Of a DNA stretch of 64,000 nucleotides, positions 44,627-53,689 are shown piece after piece. Below the pieces are notes generated by a model. That model worked only from the letters and a program-made list of their open reading frames with translations. It did not search any database and had not been told where the DNA came from. The position numbers were made by a program, and so were the translations under genes. Source of the stretch: the human T2T-CHM13v2.0 reference genome, Homo sapiens. Location of the stretch: NCBI RefSeq assembly GCF_009914755.1, contig NC_060935.1, one strand, 5' to 3'. Numbering within the stretch: position 1 is the first letter of the stretch; every line of letters begins with the position of its first letter.

Positions 44627-47230
44627 GGCACTTACAATCACCTAATATATGTGATTAAAAAAAACTGAGTTCAGGAGATGGGTAGTGACCAGAATGCAGA
44701 TAGAGGAAAGATACGTGGTGATATTCTGATAGGTTGTTGAGGGAAAGTTTCTCTAATAAGGTGACATTTGAGCAGAAATCCAAAGGACGTTAGAGAATAA
44801 GCCTTGTAGATTTCTGGGGAGGTGGGGGGGATGCTCCAGAGAGAGAGACAAAAAGAACAATAAGGTCAGTGTTTCTAGTGGAGAATAAGCAAAGGAGAGA
44901 GCCATAAAAGATGAGGGGTTGGCAGGATACACTGAAGAAAGCAGCACCTGCCTTCAACTTAGGAATTCTCCAAGTCTGACTTAGGAAGTAGTAGTGCATC
45001 CAAATAGTGCCCAGAACACAGCAGGTGCTCAGTAAACATGCATTCAATGAAAAAATCCACAAAATGGACAGAGAATTATTTTGAGAACAAGCCCTCGGTA
45101 TACCAGGTGACTGAGTTATTAAATTTATTTGAGATATGGGCCATGTCCTTTATTTTTATGATTCTGAGTCCAGTGCCAGCACTCAACAAACAGTTGGTTG
45201 ATTGAATAAAATAAAAAAAATAGTAGAATATAGGCATAGCATGAAGACAATGAAAGAAGAGGTGGTTGGTTATCTCTGGGTGATGGCATTAGAGATCATT
45301 TACATTTTTGAAACTTTACGTTCCTTAAAAAATTTCTATAATGAGCATGTTTTTCTGCTACAATTTAAAATAATATATTGAAATACTAAAATGAACCAGA
45401 TGTTAAAGGCAGTAAAATCCATCTCCATTAACACTTCTTCAAGGTCCATACAGATGAAGCATTTGAGCCTCAATTTAACTGTTGGTTGGCTATATATATA
45501 AAAAAGTCTTAAAAAAAGCCAGCTCCCGTTTCTGTACATAGAGAACTGACCATTAAGATAATACAAGTAATTATATAGACACTATCCTACCAACACTCTA
45601 AAATGCTCTTGCAAACATATGTTTTAGCAAAGTAAGCCACAAAAAGCAGTGGTAGTACATTTCATCAGAACAGTGTCTTCTCGTAAACAAGTTGTCCTTG
45701 CCAAAGCTTACTGAACATTTAACTGCCTCTTGTAGTTATCCAAAATAAAATGACAAGTTTCTGTATTTCTCTAGCAAAATCTCCATTAGAAAGTAGGGAC
45801 TGCCAAAGACAGACAATGCTCACTTTTAAAAACAGATGCTTGTAAGAATGAATCAGAAGGCCTAGCCCTTCTCAATGTATCTTTAGAGGTCTGTGTATAA
45901 GACTCAAACACTAGAGGAAGTCACATGACCAGTGAAGAGCTGGAGAAACATTTCAGGGGACTACTGATACTGTTTCAAATAAGGTAAGCCTTTTAACTAA
46001 AATGAAGGACCATGAGACACAGGAATAGGTGAATGGCTCTAATGTATCCCAAAGTATAGCCAGACTTACCTCTGTCTGTAAGTTTAAACCTGTGTGCTCT
46101 AGAGTGACCACAGAACAGAATGGGCAGAAGACAAATCACTCCTCTAAGGTCAGAGCTCACCTCCACCAAATCCCTGAATGTGATCTGTGACCCACCGAAA
46201 CCATTAAAAACTGTTGGATGGCTCTAGCCTATTTATCTCTCTGGCCTTAATCGCTGCCCACCAAGACCAATGGCATTTGCTTGTAGGACTCATAGAGATG
46301 TGCTTAACATTTCCTTTCTGGCTAGATTCCCTATTTCTGACTCCTTCTGGATATTCTTGGGCTGAAAATCTCCTAGAATTCGGTGTTCAATCAAAATTGC
46401 TGTAAGTATACATTTTCCGTTGACTTCCACCCTAAGTTGAAAGTGAGTACCTGGGACTAGATTGCTTGTTTCCCCTCTATGCCTCTGTCCTTAGTCACTA
46501 AGCTCACTTACCTGCCCCCATCCTAGACTCTGAAGACGATATAGACCCTAAGTCAAGTGACCTAATCTATCCCAATTACTCAAGTCTCCGGTGGTTCAGT
46601 GACTTAGCAGCAAGCCTGCCCTGCTGATAATCCTGCTGTTCCTGTAAACTGCAGCCCTAATTATGGACTCTCTCTCCTATTTTATCACTGTGCTAGTTGC
46701 TGTTTGTTTGGAGAATTGTTTTGTTTTAATATGTTTGCTGGTCAGTTGCTCATCTTTTTTTTTCTTTTTTAACCGAATCCCTGCCTTCTTCTGCTAGTTC
46801 AGTAGTTGGCTCCTTCCTTGTTCCCTCATGCTTGAATATTTTTGTAATTCCCCAGTTCCTCTGAGATTTGAATCCTAACTTTCAGAGACTGGAGTCCAGA
46901 ATCCTAGTTCCCATAGCCATGTCTTTACTACCTTCTAACAAATTAATGCTTAAACAAGCAGCCACGGGTTGGAGAGTCATCAGGGTTCCCACTGTCCATC
47001 GCCAACCTGCATGTCTTCCACATGCCAGGCACAGAAAAACTAAGGGCACCACAAGGAGCAAGACAGACAGAGCTCCTGGCTTCAGGGAGCTTACATTCTC
47101 ATGTGGGAAGACCAATAATATATCAAATAAGCAAATACAATTCTAAGTGATGAGTGTTATGAACAAACATGCATGCTCCCTTGACCCTATGCCTACAGCT
47201 GATCCACTGTGATACCTCCAGCTTCTGTGC

Positions 47231-47495
47231 ACTTCCTCCTGTGTCTGCCCACAAGAACATCCCTGGATATTCCCCTTGGGTAAAGCAGTTCCCAACAAAA
47301 ATCTTCATATAATCTGGGTTTAGAGCTTTTGACAATTAAATTGTAAAAACAATGACTAACACCATTTAATGCCGGCTGGGAATCCTTGAGCAATAATGGG
47401 ATCTCCCCTTTCATATGATCATAGGAATCTTTCCCTTGCCTGGGAAGCCCCAGCCTTCACACGTGCAACTCACAGGACTCCTATAACTTCCTCTT
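47231..47495. promoter_or_regulatory. Candidate myeloid/inflammatory enhancer (motif cluster)
   Basis: Two PU.1/ETS, two consensus kB, one near-kB, C/EBP, AP-1-like and E-box motifs within ~265 bp with no recognised repeat; motif evidence only. Confidence 0.45.
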
Positions 47496-50400
47496 CCTTG
47501 TGACTGGGCTACTATTTGAAAAAAACAGTGGCTGCTTATTCACAGAATGCAAAAGAAAGGCATGGACAGAGCACACATCACCAATAAAAGCCTTTTAAAA
47601 AATATTTTTGATAGCGAATTCAAGTACCCAATTTAAAATTCAAAAGCTATGAAAGGGTATAGAGTAAAAAGTGAGACTCTTCTCCACCCTTTCTTCCCAA
47701 TTATCCAGTTCTTCTACTCAGAGACAACCAGCTTTACCAGTTTCTTGTGTGTTCATCAGAGATATTATATGCATATATAAGCAAACACAGAGTTTTTTTA
47801 CACAAATGGTAGTAGACATTGGTCTTTACCTTCCCTTTTCACCAAACAATGTATCTTAAAGTTTATTCCATACACATAAAGCCACACCACCCTCTTTTAA
47901 CAGGTGAATGGTATTTCAATGTATGGAGATACTGCAGTTTATTTAAAGTCTCCTATTAATGGACATCTAGACTGATTCTAATACTTTTTGCCTTTGCAAA
48001 TAATGTTACAATTAACATTTCTGCAATACAGTCTTCTAAGAAGATGTACTCTAACCTGCAAATTCTATAACTCTGTTTTTAACTATCTAAATTTTGTACA
48101 TTTGTAATTCTACTTACCAGTTTCCTTTTAAAACAACAGACGCTTGTATAGGTGAAGAGGATGCTGTAGTACACTTGAAATCCCAGGCTGAAAGAAAAAT
48201 TTTAAAACTTCTGGGCAAGGCGAACTACAATGGAATGGCAGGTATGGTCCTTGTCGGGGTGGCAAAATGCCATCTGAGTATTAAGTGTTCACTGTTCTCA
48301 AAATTCCTACACTGGCCAAACATGGCTATAGCAGGGCAGTCACACTATCTGTTTCAGGTAGGAAATCCATGACCTCATGACACTAGCATATTTAAAACCT
48401 TGCAATCCTGTCTCTCTGGTGGCCTCCTACAAATACTGGGGAAAAAACAGTCATACTGCTGGTAAGGAATCTTGTGGTTACCCACCAAAAGAAAGAAGCC
48501 CTGAGATTGGTCAGCAGCACATTTCTTGTGTCCTCTAGTTTCCTTTCCCTAAGAACTCAGTACTAAAAAGGAACTCTAGCCAGTCACTGAAGCTTATAAG
48601 CAAGGATATATTTCAGCCCTCAGTGTCTGCCTTGTACACAGCTTAGTAAATGGTTGTAATGTGGTAATGCTTGACGTTTCATGGGTTGTTGGAATTAACC
48701 AGAACTTCTCTAAAAGACATAAAAGAAACTGTGAATGAAACATCAGAATAGTCACCTGGTTATGCGTGTGAAGCTCTTCAACTAGAGGAAATCAGGTGCT
48801 GGCCAAAGAGACAGAGGCGAAGGTGCCTCCGGGGAACTGCTGATATTGCTTCAACTAAGGTAAGTGTTTTGGCAGAAATGGCAGAAGCCTGAGACATGAA
48901 AGCAGGAGACAGAACTCTCCTGCAACACCAAGTGTAGCCATGGGGTCCACACGTTTTCAATGAGAAAACTCCTAAGGACACCACCGGAAAACCTCTAAAT
49001 AGAACTAAAAGCAGTTGCCAGGAGGTGTGCCACCTGAGGGTGACCACCTGAAGCCCTGGGAGGTCTTAGATAAGGTGACAAGGTAATTGGAAGTTCTGGA
49101 CTAAGGCAGCCAAGGTGAGATGTGAGGAGGATCTGAAACTCTACCTTTTAAGGCTCAAATGTGAATCTAAGTGTGTGGAAGTCTACCTAAGCGCCATATT
49201 TTGGAAGGTAGGACTCCTGCCTTTGTGACCATCCTCCCTCTAGCTGCTCTTTCCAAAGCATTTGCTTTTTACTAGTGAGTCTATTCCAAGATTTTGCCTA
49301 CTCTGAAGCCACAGCCACTAGAGCTTTTTAATTATGTGCAATTCCAAGTCTCAATCCAAGGTCCAGACTTAACTTTGTAACCAAAAAAGATTTAGCTATC
49401 CAGAATCAATAATAGCTAAAGTGCCATATTTGCCTAATGCCTGTTTTGAAGTCTACTATCAGATGTTCAGAATTTGATCCTCAATTTTGCAATGATCTCT
49501 AAGTTTCTTTTCATTATCCTAACATCCTCTGAACCCATGAAAATTCTTCCCAATATATTCATTATCTCTCTCTCTCTCTGTCTCTTTCTCTCTAAGTAAA
49601 TATAATTTGGGGGTAAAAAGAGAATATGAGTGGAATTCCCTAATGCCTATTTAATACTGAGTCATATAAACATTTTATGTTTATTTGAAATTTTCTTTCC
49701 ACTCTGGTTTATTAAAGATGAACAGCCATGCCTGGTTGTTGTTATCATAGTGAAAATTTTAAATTTTCATACTGACGCTCTCAATAGTAGATAATGAATA
49801 CTCTCATTTACTGAACTATCTGCCTTTTTGAGATAGGACTATAAAATATTTCCACATGCATATCCTGCTGTTAACTCAAATACATGCCTAAAACCAAACT
49901 ATTCTGAACGTTTTTAAAAGTAGTTTCTGTACTCATACACTGCCCCTTTTTTCCGTTAGTAATGCTACAGGTTTCACATTCGCACCCATGAAGTCATTTT
50001 AGACTTCTTCCTTTTCTTAAGTCCATCTCCACTAAGTGCACTCAATCATTCACAAAGCCTCTATGATTTGTATACCACAGTGTCTCACTAGCCCATTTCT
50101 TCTTTTCCCTCTCTCACTGTCCACTTCGTGATTTCAGGTCAATTCTCCCATATTAGCCTGCAAACTTGTTTCCCTCCATTTTCCAAACCATCCGGTGACC
50201 ATCACAATATTGGTATTCCTCTAATGGGACATTATCACTTTCTGACCAAAATCCTTCCAGATTCCCTACTAGTACACAGACTACATGGAGCCAAATTCTC
50301 TCTTTCTCTCTCTTGCTCTCTCACTCTGTGCATGAGTGAGAGTGTATTCCTTGCTTGTTTTGCAAATCTCTGTAATTTTGTCCTACTTTTCCTTTCCAGC

Positions 50401-50749
50401 TGTTTGTTATCCTGTTCCCCAAATTTCCCTGGCACTCTTCGTATATGTTATCAATTCTATGAATATGTTCTTCCTTATCCTCTCCACTTATCAAAATACT
50501 ACTCATTCATCACAATCCAGCTCAAATCTCCCCTTTTTGAAACCCCGACTCATCTTCTATGTAAGTGTTCCTAACCACCCCAACCTAAAGTGATTTCTCT
50601 GTCTTCTGATACCTCATGGCATTTATTACCTATACTCACATTTGACACCTATAAATTATCTTCTCTTCTTAGTTTTCTTTTAATTTTTCATGTGTTTTTA
50701 TTTCTCCAAATAAATAGTAAAGTAATAAGGGCAGTTACTGTATCTTATT

Positions 50750-50980
50750 CACATAATGGGTCCTGATTCTAGAGTCAAATTGACTGCATTTTAGCCCCTG
50801 CACTGTTATTTACTGACTATAATCTTGGTCTTAGTTGTCTCGTCTGTGAAATGGAAATAGTGATAGGTGTTTCCTTATAGGGGTTTTGTGGGCATTATAT
50901 GAGACAATGCATGCAAAGTGCTTAGAATAGTATCTGGAACATGGTAAGCATTCATTAAATGTTAGTTATTATAACTATTA
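50750..50980 (+). mobile_element. MIR SINE
   Basis: cttagttgtctcgtctgtgaaatggaaatagtgatag...aaagtgcttagaatagtatctggaacatggtaagca, MIR core and 3' end. Confidence 0.75.
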
Positions 50981-51340
50981 CTCATCTCTTTTACCTTGAT
51001 TTTTAACCAAGCTTAATCAATGGAGTTCAGCTGAGTCAACTGTGGGATACAAGGTAAGAGGTAGACTGTGTGGGCAGTATACTGCGGAGTGGAGGAACTT
51101 CCTGGCATCACTAAAGCCGTGCCATAGATGCTGTCACTTATCGTCAAACAGCCAGTCTCGTTCTAAGTCCCTGCTAAGTCCCTTAGAGATCCTAAGATTG
51201 AGGGCCTCTAACTCTGCTCCAGAGACCTCCAAGGTTTTGGCACAGTGTAAAGGGGCTGCTTTCCCAGCCCCTACTTTCCTGCCAATAAAAATCTGACCCG
51301 GCTGCAGACAGCAGGCTACCAATCTTCCTAAGGGTCTTCA

Positions 51341-51682
<342 letters not shown>

Positions 51683-53335
51683 CTACCTGCCTACCTGCAA
51701 TTTTATTTAATCGGCTTCATGACTGGCCTACTGACGTGGAAAACAGGCTCAGTAAGACACTCTCCTTTCATCTCACAGGCAGAGTCAGGATGCTCATGTG
51801 CACCAGCCAGTAGGATACTCTCAGCTGGGACCCCAACATCAACAGCTAAAGAGCAACTGATGCTGGCCAAAAAGATGGGGACATCTGTGCTGCTCAACTG
51901 AGCCATAAAGGCCTACATTTGGTAGAGAATATTAAACTGAAAATTATCAAGTTTGAACCCCAGTAAGCATCATGAATATCACTACCATTAGGCAGTCCAA
52001 GCAAATTCAACAGATCCAGGCTTAAACCATATATATGCCCTACTGAAAACAACTCAGAGGCAAAACTAATTTTATGAAAGGTAAAAAGTTGATCAAAGGC
52101 ATGAATCGTGGTCCAGTGAAACAAATGCGTCCTTTAGATGTAACAGACCTGAATACCTCACATTCAAGCTGTGTAACTGCAGGTAAATTTTCTAACCTCG
52201 ATTTTCTGATGGATAAAGGGGTTTCTAATACCCAGCTCACATGGCTGTGGTGACAAACGGGACAGTGGATTTAAAGCAGGCTATTTGGCCCGTGGCATAT
52301 GGTAGGGGCACAACCCATTCAGTGTCCCTCCCTCTCACTCCAGAAGCAGACTCATCCTGCCCTAGGCTGCTCGTAATGATTCCAAGGACAGGCGAATAAG
52401 GTTATTTGAACATTTCTGAAACATTGACTTAGTTTGTGCTGGGTGTTGTACGATTCACAGAAGTAGAAAGGCTCTCTGCTCCCGGTGCTTTTCAGCCTGC
52501 GATTCAGGCGCCCACCTCTGTGCAAAGGGCTGTTTCCTTCCGATCTCCTGAAAGAGATCTGGATGTATCTTGGGTTCAACCTCGATTTTGACACGATTGC
52601 CATTTCCATCAAAGCCAATTTCCTTGCTGAAAGAAGTCCTATCCCTGGGTGAAATCCCAACAGCTTCATTTGTTTAAATTCTTTTATTGGCCTTGCTAAT
52701 GCAGGGTGTGGTTTTTCCTCATCACGGAATATTGATAAGTAAACAACTACGGGGAACCTGCCCTAAGAAGGCGGCCCGTCGATCTCCTTGACTGCCCGGG
52801 ACATGATCAGTGTTACTGCTGGGTGGAGAAGGTGTCGCCGAGCGGAAAGGCGCCGTCCTGCACCAGGTCGGGGGAGAGGCGCGGGGAGGTCGGGACCGCT
52901 GGGTTGGGCCGGGGCAGGGAATAGGCGCGAGGGGAGGCGGCGCGGGAACCTCGGGCAGCCCCAGCGGCTGGTCGAGCCCGACAGGTTCCAGCAGCTCCCC
53001 TCACCCCTCTCCACGCCTCTCGGGTTTTCCCCTTGGCTCAGGGTTTCCTGTTTCAGTTCTCGGCGTTCTCCAGCAGCAGGTGCTGGTTTGCCAACCTCGG
53101 CTCCAGAGGCGGCGACGGAGGAGAAGGAAAAGAGGGAAGGGGAGGAGGAAGCGGCGCGGCTGCGGTGGCTGCGGGCGGGCGGGCGGGCGAGGAGCGCGGA
53201 GCGAGGTGGCGGAGCCGGGTTCGCTCTCGCCCGCGGAGCAGCGGCACGGACGAAGGGCAGGGCCGAGCCGAGCCGAGCGCTCGGGCGCGCCCGAGCCGGG
53301 GCCCTGGCGTGCGGCCAGCTGTCCGGGCGGGAGGC

Positions 53336-53368
53336 ATGAGGGAGCCTCGCGCTCGCCCCGCGCCCTAG
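53336..53368 (+). other. uORF MREPRARPAP* in the presumed 5'UTR of the upstream first exon
   Basis: gaggcATGAGG...CCCTAG, G at -3; stop lies 87 nt before the MAAEKRMQ start. Assumes the TSS is upstream of 53336. Confidence 0.55.
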
Positions 53369-53455
53369 CGGCGGCCGCGGCAGCCCAGGGCTGAGGCGAG
53401 AGGCGGCCGCCTGCCGGAGGGCCCCGGGGCTGCCCCAGCTCCAGGGCATGTAGTG

Positions 53456-53479
53456 ATGGCTGCGGAGAAGAGAATGCAA
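53456..53479 (+). CDS. ZC3H12C: ZC3H12C alternative first coding exon, MAAEKRMQ (phase 0)
   Basis: gtgATGG strong Kozak context, 8 codons, then donor CAA|GTAGGT; same phase as the MPGGGSQ exon, consistent with my recollection of an isoform one residue longer than the canonical one. Confidence 0.72.
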
Positions 53480-53668
53480 GTAGGTTGAGCAACAGATTCG
53501 AGTGCGCGCGCGTTGGGGCTGTGAGTTGTGCAACCCGGGGAGGGGGCGCCGGGGCTGCGGCCCGCGGAGAGGGCGCGCGGGCGGGCGCGGCTTGGCGCGG
53601 GAGGGCCGAGGTGGCCGCTGTCTCCGCGGGCCCCGCCGCCCGCTCGCCGCTTTCTCGCGGGGCTGGCT

Positions 53669-53689
53669 ATGCCGGGTGGCGGCTCCCAG
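53669..53689 (+). CDS. ZC3H12C: ZC3H12C (Regnase-3/MCPIP3, CCCH zinc-finger PIN/NYN RNase) first coding exon, MPGGGSQ
   Basis: gctATGCCGGGTGGCGGCTCCCAG|GTTTGT; matches the recalled N-terminus MPGGGSQ-EYGVLCIQ of ZC3H12C. Exon 2 is not seen in the window. Confidence 0.88.

Noticed and set aside
45980-51060. Isolated strong donor-like AG|GTAAG motifs (~45983, ~48860, ~51053) as upstream lncRNA or ZC3H12C exons
   Set aside because: Such motifs arise by chance, and no convincing exon structure or transcript evidence is available from sequence alone.
53525-53668. In-frame GTG/CTG-initiated N-terminal extension of MPGGGSQ
   Set aside because: The open frame is explained by GC content, and there is no evidence that this region is in the mRNA or that the near-cognate codons are used.
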